DNA of 46,827 nucleotides from Stramenopiles sp. TOSAG23-2 (Eukaryota): NCBI GenBank assembly GCA_900128395.1, contig LT649277.1, positions 1 to 46,827 of the forward strand, read 5' to 3'. Shown piece by piece: positions 30,991 to 42,841 of this stretch (position 1 is its first letter; each line of letters starts with the position of its first letter). The notes under the pieces were generated by a model. It saw only the letters and a program-made list of their open reading frames with translations, ran no database searches and was not told where the DNA came from. The position numbers and the translations under genes were made by a program.

Positions 30991-33900
30991 TTACCAGCAG
31001 TATATCTTCATCCCTTTCACTTGTTGATACCCGTTTGATCCATCTTCTTTATATTGTTCTATAGCATTTAATTGTGATATCATATTATCACTAAGTTGAT
31101 TATTAGATAGCCACAATCTATTTAATGTATTGTTTGTTTTTAATACATCAATAATACTTTGTATTCCACTATCATCAGTAATATTATTACCAGCTAGCCA
31201 CAATACCTCTAATGTATTGTTTGTTTTTAATCCGTCACCAATACTTTGTACATCAGTAATATTATTATCATCTAGGCGCAAGTACTTTAATGTATTGTTT
31301 GTTTTTAATACATCAATAATACTTTGTATTCCACTATCATCAGTAATATTATTACCAGCTAGCCACAATACCTCTAATGTATTGTTTGTTTTTAATCCGT
31401 CACCAATACTTTGTACATCAGTAATATTATTATCATTTAGCTCCAATGTCGTTAATGTATTGTTTGATATTAATCCTTCACCAATACTTTGTACATTAGT
31501 AATATTATTATTCTTTAGGTCCAATACCTGTAATGTATTGTTTGTTTTTAATCCTTCACCAATACTTTGTACATCAGTAATATTATTATCAATTAGGTAC
31601 AAGTACTCTAATGTCTTGTTTGTTTTTAACAATTCACCAAGAAGAAGATGCCGAAGAAGAAGCACGAGGAAAATGAGGGGCGTGAACTTGTTGTGCCAAT
31701 AACGGATGGTAATGATTACAAAAGGCCGGAAGATAGTGGCAAAAGGATGATGATGCCTGTATCGTTTGTTTTTAATCCTTCACCAATACTTTGTACATCA
31801 ATAATATTATTATCAATTAGGTACAAGTACTCTAATGTCTTGTTTGTTTTTAACAATTCACCAATAGCTAATGCATCCTCATCCGTAAGATTCTTTCCAT
31901 CCAAATCCACTTTCGTCTTCCCATCAAATTCTTTTTCCCATTTAATATACAAAGGTGTTTTTTGCACAGCTATTGATAGAGGTGGTGGTCCAGGTAGAGG
32001 CAGCGGCGGCGGCGGTCGCCCCACTCCAGGTGGAGGCGGTGGGGCATACAAAGTTGTTTTTTCCACTTTTCGCTTTGCTGCTTCAGCATTCATTTGTCTC
32101 CTCCTGTCTTCGTTAGGATCAATACCTTTACTATTTTTTTTTCGTCTTGGAGGCGGTGGGGCATACAAAGTTGTTTTTTCCACTTTTCGCTTTGCTGCTT
32201 CAGCATTCATTTGTCTCCTCCTGTCTTCGTTAGGATCAATACCTTTACTATTTTTTTTTCGTCTTGCAACAAGTCTTTTCAACTTTTGTAACCTCTCTTG
32301 TTCTTGCTTGCTTTTTTGCCGCTCTGCAAATTCATTTTCTTGCTTTTCAATATAACCTGCACTATGATGTTGATCCGTTGTATATCCATGCTTCTTTAAA
32401 ATTGGCAAATGTTTAGGATGAACCCAATGGATGCTACCTGTTTTCACATTGAATACTTTTGCAATTTCCCCTGCATTGACTAACGCTTTCCAATTCCCGT
32501 TAGTATGATTTTCTAAAAGTTCTTTCAGTGCACCATATGTATGTTCAAGCAACGTTTTGCTTTCATTTTCTAATTTGTTTTTATATATTTTGCCATCTTC
32601 AATATTTTTATGCATATTATTAACCATCTTCTCTACGTCTTTTGCTTTGCTAGATAAGGTTACTATTTTCGTATAAAACGTATTGGCATTTTTTGATCCA
32701 TCGTGTAAACTTGATGGAATTGGTAATTATTAACCATCTTCTCTACGTCTTTTGCTTTGCTAGATAAGGTTACTATTTTCGTATAAAACGTATTGGCATT
32801 TTTTGATCCATCGTGTAAACTTGATGGAATTGGTATACCACTAATAGCACCGCCTATTAATATTAATTTTGAAATAACAAACAACAAAGGAGCTAAACGC
32901 TCTAACAATGGCCCTGGAACTTCCACCTCAAATCCATCATGCAATGGTTTATCATCTACTTGGATTAAATCTGGTAAAAGTGTTGGAGCTTCATCGCATA
33001 TAAATAGTTGAAAAAATTGTTTCCATTTCGTCTTTTCCTCGGCCCATTTTTTAATTTTTGACAATTTAAACATTTGATTATCCCACCATTTTTGTGCTTT
33101 ATGTCTTGTATCTGCACCAGGGCCGGAGGAAAATGTCTTTCGAAAACCGCCCATTTTTTAATTTTTGACAATTTAAACATTTGATTATCCCACCATTTTT
33201 GTGCTTTATGTCTTGTATCTGCACCAGGGCCGGAGGAAAATGTCTTTCGAAAACCAGGTTTAACAACTATAATTCGTGGTACATCGGAACGATCAATATT
33301 TACAATTAAAGAAAATGTTGCATCCATTTTACTAATCAATGTATTAAATCCATCTTCCAACGAATCTAAGATTGTCATTTGTTTCTGTTCGATGGCAGAT
33401 AATTGTAATTTCATAGCGTGTTGATTTTCGATCATTTCTAACTGGTTATTTTGCATTTTTTTTTGGTTATTATATATTGCTGTTGCACGAATGGTTTGTT
33501 GACCTCTAAACAAATTTTTTTCTAATAGAGTTGTACAACTTTTTCTTTTTTTTGGGTCAATTTGAAGCATATCTTCTAGTAATTTTTGAAATGGGCGATC
33601 TGAAATTTGTTGTATTTCATTACTCGGATTAAAATCAGGGTCTATTAAACGGTTTGGAATATTTGGATGTTGGCCATTTTCAATTTCATCCTTCGAGAAA
33701 AAATCTTTACCAGTAAACAATTTATATAAAACTAACCCAAGTGGGAAAATATCTTGACTGATACTTGCTTGTATGCTTTTATTGTTGTTTTCATCAATAA
33801 TAGCTTTTGCTACTTCTGGTGAAATATACCCAGGTGTCATACTAATCCCGTTATATTTCGATGTTGGTACCTCGGGTTTCTCCCACGTAGTTTCACCGGT

Positions 33901-35107
33901 TTCTTCATTCCAGTAATATTCCTTACCTGAATTTGGGTCTGGTACTTTCTTCCACATATCATTTTCATTAATATCTTTTTCAAATCCTAATTTAGTACAA
34001 AGAAATTTCCCAAGTTTTCCCATCGTTAAATTTCCTGCTTTTTCTTCATCAATAAAACACGAATCGAAATCAATTACTTTGAATTGTGTTTTACCTTTTA
34101 CTTGAAAACGAACAAAATTGCCAGCTCATCGTTAAATTTCCTGCTTTTTCTTCATCAATAAAACACGAATCGAAATCAATTACTTTGAATTGTGTTTTAC
34201 CTTTTACTTGAAAACGAACAAAATTGCCAGCTGGATTGTGTATGTTCAAGTAGGTCCAGTGTTAGAAGATACTTTTTATAAAAATAGTTAATTAGTATTT
34301 TATTATCAGGAAAGAAAGTGAAAATAAATATATCCTCGTCGTTTTAAGAGATTCAAACTTACGTTTGACATCACCATGCACAATACCAAATTTATGTATA
34401 AATTTAAAGCATTTCAATAATTGTTTTGCAATAATTAATTTATCGGGATATTCCCAATCGCTAAAATATGATTTAATTTGTTCTGATAAATTCCCTGTAT
34501 TATCATCCATTCCCTCACCCAATTCCATGATTAAGGCACTATCACCAGTTGGTTCTCCACTTTTCGGATCACACAGTTCCTCCTCCCACTCTTCATAAGA
34601 AACTATGAAATTACTAGTATCATGGCCCTCTCGTTCCGAAAGAAATTCAAGAACGTTTCTTTCCAGTTGTAATGATTTATCTCCTTTTTCCCCTATTTTT
34701 GCTACGTAACCCTTTGATTTCCCTTTCTTTGCACATCTTCTTATACTAGTTTTCCCACTTGATTTTTTCTCGTTGTCATATAGACTGATAGTATATTTGC
34801 CTGCTTGGATACTTGAACTCCTTCTCATTCGACTTGGTGGTGCCGGGGCTTTCTTTACTGAAGCAGATGGCGTGATGGAAGGTGCACTATCTATGCTATT
34901 ACTACGATTTGCGGATTCCATGTTTTCTGATATGGCACGATGAAACTTTTTGATATGCCCAGCTTTAAAGCCATATTCTTTTAGTTCAGCATCATCAATA
35001 TCACGTACATCGGCAATGCAATCATAGCCTTCTTCTTCCAGCTTAGTATAAAATTTTTCCAAATTATATTGTTTTAATAATTGTTGTAATTCATTTTCAT
35101 TATCCAT
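30991..35107 (-). CDS. Multidomain SAM - protein kinase (with inserted WW) - coiled coil - COR-C/TORNADO1-like domain - Pro-rich linker - LRR cassette; disrupted as assembled
   Basis: Five ORF pieces join into one frame of 1146 codons after splicing intron 34362-34231 (gtaagt...ccag, giving HGDVKPGN) and removing extra copies of 106, 107, 110 and 224 bp. SAM motif LKQYNLEKFY..LEEEGYD..LKEYGFKAGHIKKF. Kinase motifs VAK, HGDVKPGN, IDFD, TPGYISPE, DIFPLG. Confidence 0.8.
31540..34232. repeat. Five local direct duplications inside the kinase-LRR gene
   Basis: 34021-34126/34127-34232 (106 bp); 33042-33148/33149-33255 (107 bp); 32616-32725/32726-32835 (110 bp); 32031-32147/32148-32264 (117 bp); about 31540-31640/31764-31864 (about 101 bp, flanking a 123-bp insert). 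Confidence 0.93.
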
Positions 35108-35927
35108 TGTTATTCTTGTTGTTGTTGCTGTTGCAAAATAAGATATCAGATATATGATATTGTAAATAAATTGTAATTCACTATGTATACTTCCTTTTTC
35201 TCTCTTCTCTCCTCTACTATACTGTACCTGTAAGGCCTTACTTGGAAAAAAATATTATAATCTTTTTTTTTTTATTATAGCATGTGGCATGCCAACATGT
35301 ACTTCTTCTTTTCGTTCATTTCATTCATTTTATTGTGCTAATTATACCTGGTACTATAATACTATATTATAAACTATAAAATACTATTGTATATAATGTA
35401 CATTATTAGAATTATAGTAGACTTTAACTTTTCCTTGAAAAAAAGTCTATGACTATGATTATAGATTAGTACTACTATTCACTATTATATAGGAAAACGT
35501 TGGATTTGTGGATTTGGACATTTGGACTGGAAGATTAATGGTCCATGTGTCCATGGGGTACATAGCATTGTAATGGTATTAATCCTGGTTCCTTGTATTT
35601 ACCTGCACGTATTTACTAGGTACATACCATTATACACATATACGATCGATATAGCATGGTATAGCATATAAAATAGCCACATTGCTTAATATATGATAGA
35701 TAATATAATATTTAGTATACAACAAGTACGAAACAAAAAAATCGCCGTTCAACTGCCTATCATTATTGCCTATTGTGGAGTTGTACTAATAATAATTAAT
35801 ATTTTTGAAAAGTAGTTTATTTCTTCTTCATTTATTAGTAAAAAAACATAGAATTTTGATAAAAGAAGTTAAAGTTCACTGTATGTATAGATAAAGAAAG
35901 TATAAAATCAATCGACAAATCAATACC

Positions 35928-36554
35928 ATGTCGTCCTCATCATCAACGACTACTACTACTACCACAACAAATGTACCGTACCAATACGACACGTGGGCCC
36001 CTGGGTACCATGATATATTATGGTTGTATGTCATTGGTATAGGAAGTTTTTTATTTATTTTATTTATTATATTTTCATTAGCACGTCATGTTGGAGAGGA
36101 ACCGTTGCGTATATATTATGGTATGAAATGGTGTCGTTTTATTATATTTTGTCTAGTCATCTCGCAGTTTATGTTGGTATATATATATTGGTATAGCGAA
36201 GAGCCGTTAATAGCACCGTACTACGGCATCGCAAGGCCATTTGTTGGTTTAATTCCATGCCTTTTTGGTTTATTTTCTGATTCACACCCAATGTTTCGTT
36301 GGATTTTTGGCGGTGGTCATTGTTTATATATATTTATAGATACATATAGTGCATTTAAATCAAACCAATGGTTATCATGTGATGGTAATGAATGCAATCC
36401 ATTGTATACACGTGAAAACATGGTTCGATTACGATATAGAGATTATGGTGCTGTAATGTTGGATATCCATGCAATATTACTTGCTGGTATATTTTGTGTT
36501 TTTCAAGGATTTTTCTTTCAACGATATCATTTCACTGCAATGAAAATGGATTGA
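35928..36554 (+). CDS. Hypothetical small multi-pass membrane protein
   Basis: 208-aa ORF with 4-5 hydrophobic segments. Confidence 0.7.
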   Translation: MSSSSSTTTTTTTTNVPYQYDTWAPGYHDILWLYVIGIGSFLFILFIIFSLARHVGEEPLRIYYGMKWCRFIIFCLVISQFMLVYIYWYSEEPLIAPYYGIARPFVGLIPCLFGLFSDSHPMFRWIFGGGHCLYIFIDTYSAFKSNQWLSCDGNECNPLYTRENMVRLRYRDYGAVMLDIHAILLAGIFCVFQGFFFQRYHFTAMKMD

Positions 36555-36823
36555 TTTCGTCATTTATATTTAGAAAAAGAAGGACAGAGAGATTAGAAAA
36601 AAATAGAATTTTTATAGAGATCTAAGATATATTAGAATATATATAAGAATATTTGAAGTGTAGCATTTTATTTACACCCCACCCCACATGCACACTCTCC
36701 CTCTCCTCTCTCTCTTCCGTTTTGGTGCGCTTAATTTCTTTTTAAAAAATTACTTTGCATTTATATTTAAAAAAAAAACAATATTATTAAAAAGCCTTGA
36801 CGACGCCTTATATATATATTTTA

Positions 36824-38031
36824 TTACAAATGAGAACCAATCTTTGTTGGACCCCATTGCGTTGCAAGTAAATCAATAATAGTTGATTTACGTGAACCAT
36901 CACTAAATTTATATTGATCTCCATCGGTCCAATGTTCAAAGGTGAAATCATGTGGATCTTTCCAATAATCAAAGATTTGACTACCAAGAATATGCCTTGC
37001 AACACCCCATGCATGTCCATTTGATGTAGGTTTTTCCACATTGTTTTTCTTATCTTGCTCTTGTAAATATTCCAAATGAAAATGCCCTTTCATTAAATCA
37101 TCATAATCTTCGACTTCATATGCCATATGATTTAATCCAGGTTCACCAGCAAAACCAAATAATGCAAGTGTATGATGATCTGTATATTCTTCTTTGCGAT
37201 TACCTGATGTATATATGTATATCATGTTATGAGGAGAATGTATATAGTATAGATGTTAGCATCATGTGTGTTGTTTTTAGTATACACGGAAATGATATCA
37301 ATAGATATATATTATATCAACTTACATCGCATAAAGGAACCAATCACTTTACCATCATCATTTGGTGGTGTAATTGCATCAGAATCAATAAAACCAAGAC
37401 GTTCTTTGTACCACATTGAACATTTTTGAAAATCACTTACATTGACAACAATATGTCCAAAACGTCGGATTTTACTTGGTGTTGGTGTACTGGAATGTGG
37501 TCGTGTCATTTTACCATAAACACTTTCACTATCAACAAATCTTGCAGATCCTAAACGTTGAAAATTTTCTTTTTTACCAAAATTATAACCTTTATTACTT
37601 TTTCCAACTAAATATTGTTGTGTAAATTTATGTTCCCCTTCCTCAATAGGTTCCACTGATGCTTGTCCATGTACAATATCAACCCGATTTCCATCTAAAT
37701 CATGAAACGTGCAATAATAACCACCAAATGGTTCTTCACTTTTTAAGACTTTAACATTTTCATGTGCAGCAATTTTTTCTAAATCTTCACGTGATTCAGC
37801 ACGAAATGCAGTACCAATCCACTTGGATTCAGAACCTTTATATGCACAATAAATAGTATGGTCACCATCTGTACCACGCATGTATAATGAATTTGCATTT
37901 TTAAAATTAGTTACCATACCAAATGATATTAAAAACTTCTCTTGCGCTTCTAAATCTGGTACTTGAATGATTGGATAGGCAACATCTTCCACGTTGATGA
38001 CGGCATGTACGTAATGTTTATGTGATGTCAT
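36824..38031 (-). CDS. VOC-superfamily extradiol dioxygenase/glyoxalase-like protein; 2 exons (38031-37326, 37203-36824)
   Basis: Intron gtaagt...tcag at 37325-37204 gives FMRCNRKEEYTDHHTL. Metal-ligand motifs FGHIVV, NHMAYEV, WGVARHILGSQIFDYWKDP..FEH..DGD. Confidence 0.9.
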
Positions 38032-38618
38032 TTTTTTTTTCGTTATTATTAATGTACTGATTTTTATATAAATTTAATATATATATATACTTATAAATTA
38101 TATATGTATTTTTTCACAGAGAATAAACGCTTTTTTTTATAAATTATTATTATTATTATAGAAGGTTGTAATACACAGCTATGTTCTCTCTCTTTCCTTT
38201 TTCTTCTTTCCGACAAATCACGCATTGTATATATATATACATGCATAGTAGAATAGATATATATTTGTTTTCGAGAAGATGATTTTTAAGTTGGACAAAG
38301 GAATTTTTTCATAAGGTGAATACAATAATATACACACAGCATTGTATCAAAATCAAAAATATCAAAACAATATTTATGTATAAATTATAATAATATCCAT
38401 TTTATTGTAAGATAATGATACGCAATAATATCAATACTATTAGATCATATATGAAGGTTCATATAAAATATATTTTTATGATAAGTTATTCCAATTCCCA
38501 TTTTTTAATAATATCTATATTCATGTCGAAGGGTTAAATTCATTAAAAAAATGTTCAAAAAATTTATTTTTTATCTTTGAGAAAAGTTATTCCATCATCC
38601 CCGGTTTAGAACTCACGC

Positions 38619-40769
38619 CTATGTATACCCTTCAAATGTTTTTTGCAAACGCAAGACATCAAAATACAATGCAACACCTAAAACAGTGACAATTAACGAA
38701 CATACAGCAGGTTCTGCTCGAAGCATTAACATTCGTTCTGGATGTGCTTTATGTGCAACACCAATTTGTTTCAAACTAGATTGAATCAACATATTGCAAT
38801 TTTGTAATCTTTCAACTGTAAATCTATCATTATTATCCGCATGAGCCATTTCTGATTGAACATGTTGTTGACAACGTGTAACTGCATCACGAATATGCAT
38901 ATCATAATGATCAACCATGTATGTAACTAATGTTGACAATACTAGTGAACCACCTACAAGTACCATTCGAACGATATTTCCAATATGTTCCGGTATTGGA
39001 AACGTTCCAGTTTTAAAAATGGTAACACCAATTGTTGGAAGTGCTGTAATTGAAAACACAGTAACTAAACTGATGATCTCATATATGTTTAATTTTAATC
39101 GCATGGAAGCGGCATAATGATGTGAAAAATGACGTATTGCATTCCATGCAACAATATTTTTTTCATTTGTCATATCAATACGACAATATTCAACAATTTC
39201 TTCTTCTTCTTCTTGTTTTTTTAGTAAATATTCTTTCTCCTTTTTTGCCTCCTCCTCCTCCATATTATTTTTTTTCTTTGCATCTTGAGACACATGATCT
39301 ATTTCACTAATCATTCCTAATGATGTATTAACTTTATTTCGATCTGCAACTACTTTAATATTTTTTCGATTTAATACAAATTTTAAACCTTCGCTAGAAA
39401 TCAAACTTGTAACTGCTTTTTTAAAACGTAAGCGACCGTATGATGCAAGAATTGGCGAATGAGCATAGTAAAAACACAACCACCACATCATGGTAAATTG
39501 AAGGAATTGACCTGCCATAATAAATTTACTTAAATGACTTGTTCCAAATGCAGCTTCATTATTCGCCATTCGGATAAATGCAGGAATTAAATTTACAAGC
39601 GAAGATAGGAAAAAAAAACACCCAAAAAATTCATAATTCCAAATGTTACCAAAAAAATACCCACGTCGTTCACAGATGATAGCAAGTAAATTTGCTGGTA
39701 CACATCCACGTTTAATTTGACTTTCAATTAATGGATCAGAAGCTTGATCAATACCTAATCGATAAAATAAATCTTTTTCTTCACTTTCTGCATATTTATT
39801 TAATGTTACAAACATTTTACCATCTTCTTCTTTTTGTGGTTGTTGTTTTTGATCATTATTATTCTGATCATTATTAGTTGTATTATTATCGTTATTTGGT
39901 ACAACATACTTATTACTACTTTCATCTTTCTTATTTGATGACGATACTGATGCATCATCATGATCAATAGTAGTATTTTCCTTATTTGTTATAGTGGTAT
40001 TTTTGGTAATAATAGTAGTAGATGATGATTTTTGCTTGGTCTTTTTTGAATTTTTGTTCTCAATCATTTTATCAACACCTTTTTGCCAATCAGATAACAT
40101 TTTACGTATAACTTTTATTTCCTTGAAAATTTCTTTTGCTATTTTAACAGAGCCAACATCAACTTCCATATGTTTTAAATCAATATCCAATCTTAAACAT
40201 GTTCCATATACTTCTTCCATATGTGCTAGGAGAGACATTTCTGCATGATTGCCGTAAAAAAAAATAGACATTAATTTTTGAGCAAGTCTTGCCATGTGTG
40301 TATATGATTCTGTTAATATGCCATGTTCACCAGTTATATCTTCATTTCCATAATAAGCATATTTTACAGCCAAGGTAAATGCTCTACTATAGGTACATAT
40401 GATACATGTTAATCCAGTATATATAGTAACTTCATCTGTCCAGCCCAATAAACCAAAAAACATACCTAAAAACCCAGACCAAAACCAAAAAAAGAATGGT
40501 CCAGGGCAATTAGAAAAATCTCGATTTGCTGCACTATGTTTATTTTCAAGAATTGTACATAAAATCAATGGTATTGGATATGGAAACCCTTCGTATAAAA
40601 TAGTTTTGAAAAAGATGCCCGGTTTGAACTTTAATTCTGATAATGCTTCATCACGTAATTTTCTTTTATTTTTTGAATGTGTAAAAAAAGCAGCGCGGTG
40701 GGTATGATGTTTTGGTGAACTTAATAATGATTGCATTTCAATATCTTCTTCGTCCATATTTGCACTCAT
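38619..40769 (-). CDS. Hypothetical multi-pass membrane protein
   Basis: 716-aa ORF with several TM segments separated by low-complexity loops. Confidence 0.7.
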   Translation of the reverse strand: MSANMDEEDIEMQSLLSSPKHHTHRAAFFTHSKNKRKLRDEALSELKFKPGIFFKTILYEGFPYPIPLILCTILENKHSAANRDFSNCPGPFFFWFWSGFLGMFFGLLGWTDEVTIYTGLTCIICTYSRAFTLAVKYAYYGNEDITGEHGILTESYTHMARLAQKLMSIFFYGNHAEMSLLAHMEEVYGTCLRLDIDLKHMEVDVGSVKIAKEIFKEIKVIRKMLSDWQKGVDKMIENKNSKKTKQKSSSTTIITKNTTITNKENTTIDHDDASVSSSNKKDESSNKYVVPNNDNNTTNNDQNNNDQKQQPQKEEDGKMFVTLNKYAESEEKDLFYRLGIDQASDPLIESQIKRGCVPANLLAIICERRGYFFGNIWNYEFFGCFFFLSSLVNLIPAFIRMANNEAAFGTSHLSKFIMAGQFLQFTMMWWLCFYYAHSPILASYGRLRFKKAVTSLISSEGLKFVLNRKNIKVVADRNKVNTSLGMISEIDHVSQDAKKKNNMEEEEAKKEKEYLLKKQEEEEEIVEYCRIDMTNEKNIVAWNAIRHFSHHYAASMRLKLNIYEIISLVTVFSITALPTIGVTIFKTGTFPIPEHIGNIVRMVLVGGSLVLSTLVTYMVDHYDMHIRDAVTRCQQHVQSEMAHADNNDRFTVERLQNCNMLIQSSLKQIGVAHKAHPERMLMLRAEPAVCSLIVTVLGVALYFDVLRLQKTFEGYT

Positions 40770-41704
40770 TGTTGTTTCTTTTTTATAATTGAAATAAGAT
40801 ATAATGCCAAATGATAATAAAAAAGAGGATATTTAATAATAAAAATATTGCAAAAAATATATTCATGCAAAACCGTTTATTATTATGTACGTACGCGGTG
40901 TTGTTAAACTAATTTATAACGGTATATTTATATGAAATTATTTAACTATCAGAAAAATAATAAAAATCACCAATATTATTAAAATGTCCCAAAAAAATAA
41001 TAATAATAATAATAAAATAAAAATTCAAAAACAAACTAATATAAAGTATAATATAAACTATTTTCTCGTCGTAGAATCTTTGTTCTCTCTCTATATATAA
41101 ACTACACACAGACACGATATTAATCTTTCTTTCTCTCTTTTATATATATATGTATGATATATTCATGAATAGTTTTTTATAAGTTTGCCTACACCTCATG
41201 GACGTTTGTACTTAAAAACGTATTTGATTATACTTTAGAAGTTATATTTACCTATATATATATGATATTTTTGTTTTTCAACATTCAACCCACCCCCATC
41301 ATTCACTTCTATGGAATTAATAATAGCAAAGAGAGAGAGATAGATGATGTCGTCGTCCAGAAACTCAAAGGGAGGAGAAAGAGAAAAGATTTTATATATG
41401 TATGCCAGGTAATTTCATTCAAAATGTTGAATTTCACTATTGGTATAGAGGAGAGAAAGGAATTGTAACGCTTTTTCTATAATTTTTTTTTTGAAAAAAG
41501 AGAAATGGAGCTGTAATTTTAAATGCACACTGTTTTTGTGGTTTATTTTTTACTATTATGTACTGTGTGTGTAAAATATATATATTCTTCTCGGTGCATC
41601 TCTCTCTTTTTCGGATTAAATTCATGTTTTGCTTATACATCAATGTTTCCAACTCTTTGTATTTTCAGTGCATGCATTGGTGAAAACAAAAATATGCATA
41701 TACA

Positions 41705-42841
41705 TTATGTACTACGTCTTACATTTACTGGATATGAGCTATCATATAAACAACCACTTTCACCCATTGGATAATCATGTTTTGGATATGGCTTGCAATC
41801 CACACCACTTGCTGGATCATCATCACGAAAGGTTTTATCATCATTTTTACGCGTTAAACGAATATAACCAGCTTCCCCCCATCCAGGACCCCATGAATTT
41901 CTTACCAACCAATAATCTTGTGTATAACCAACTGCTAATACAGCATGATCTAAATTACAAACATCCGATTTCCATACAACTGGCATTTTACAACCTCCAG
42001 AAAAAATTCCCCCTGCATAATTACCCCAATTAGCAGCAACTGTGATAGCAACTGGACCTTGTGTAGCTAATGCAGTTTCCAAATCAATTGCTGAATTACG
42101 TTTTAATTTTACATAACCATCTGATGTTACAGCGGATTTATATTCCTTACATGGTTCATCCTTTGCTGTATATGGTAAATCTTTCTCCAATGCTAATCCA
42201 TGATCACGTGTATAATTAAATGCAATCTCTTCCGTAGCACCTTCACAACCACCTGTACCGCCACATTCATTTGGATTTTTAACACAATTTACCAATGTTT
42301 GAGGTGCTAAAATTTCCATTGGTTTACTTGAATTCGTTGTAATACCTTCTGCAATAGCTAAATGTGATTCAACACATTCTGTCGTAGCAAACGTCCAACA
42401 TGATCCACACGCACCTTGATTTTTCACAGGTGTTTGTACATCCATCCATGATTTTTCTGATGGATTTTTACCAAGTAAATGATCTTCAATTGTAAACATT
42501 TTAGTTGTTTCTGTGATAGGCTCTGGACGATAATTTTTCATTTTTATTTTTTGAAATTCACTATCTTTCCAATCAGAAAATGTATTAATTTTTGCCCACC
42601 ATGTTGATTTACCTGCACGATATAAATCATTTTGTTTAATAACATCTGCTCTGCTTTTTTCAAATAATGCTTCACGTTGTTGAAATTCTTCAATAGTGTT
42701 GTATTTTTTCTCTGGATATAAGTTCAAATAATTTTGAAATGTAATTTGTGAATTATCATTAATAATATCTTGTTGTTGCGCTGCATTTATTATTGTTATT
42801 GATATTATCAATGTAGATAATAAAATAATAACTTTTTGCAT
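41705..42841 (-). CDS. Papain-family (C1A) cysteine protease, cathepsin L-like, with signal peptide and I29 prodomain
   Basis: QGACGSCWTF (catalytic Cys), LDHAV (His), RNSWG (Asn); prodomain INTFSD. Confidence 0.96.
   Translation of the reverse strand: MQKVIILLSTLIISITIINAAQQQDIINDNSQITFQNYLNLYPEKKYNTIEEFQQREALFEKSRADVIKQNDLYRAGKSTWWAKINTFSDWKDSEFQKIKMKNYRPEPITETTKMFTIEDHLLGKNPSEKSWMDVQTPVKNQGACGSCWTFATTECVESHLAIAEGITTNSSKPMEILAPQTLVNCVKNPNECGGTGGCEGATEEIAFNYTRDHGLALEKDLPYTAKDEPCKEYKSAVTSDGYVKLKRNSAIDLETALATQGPVAITVAANWGNYAGGIFSGGCKMPVVWKSDVCNLDHAVLAVGYTQDYWLVRNSWGPGWGEAGYIRLTRKNDDKTFRDDDPASGVDCKPYPKHDYPMGESGCLYDSSYPVNVRRST

Noticed and set aside
32616-33255. Tandem duplications as newly created introns
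   Set aside because: The 107- and 110-bp units contain no AG|GT on the coding strand, so duplication would not create a precise GT-AG intron.
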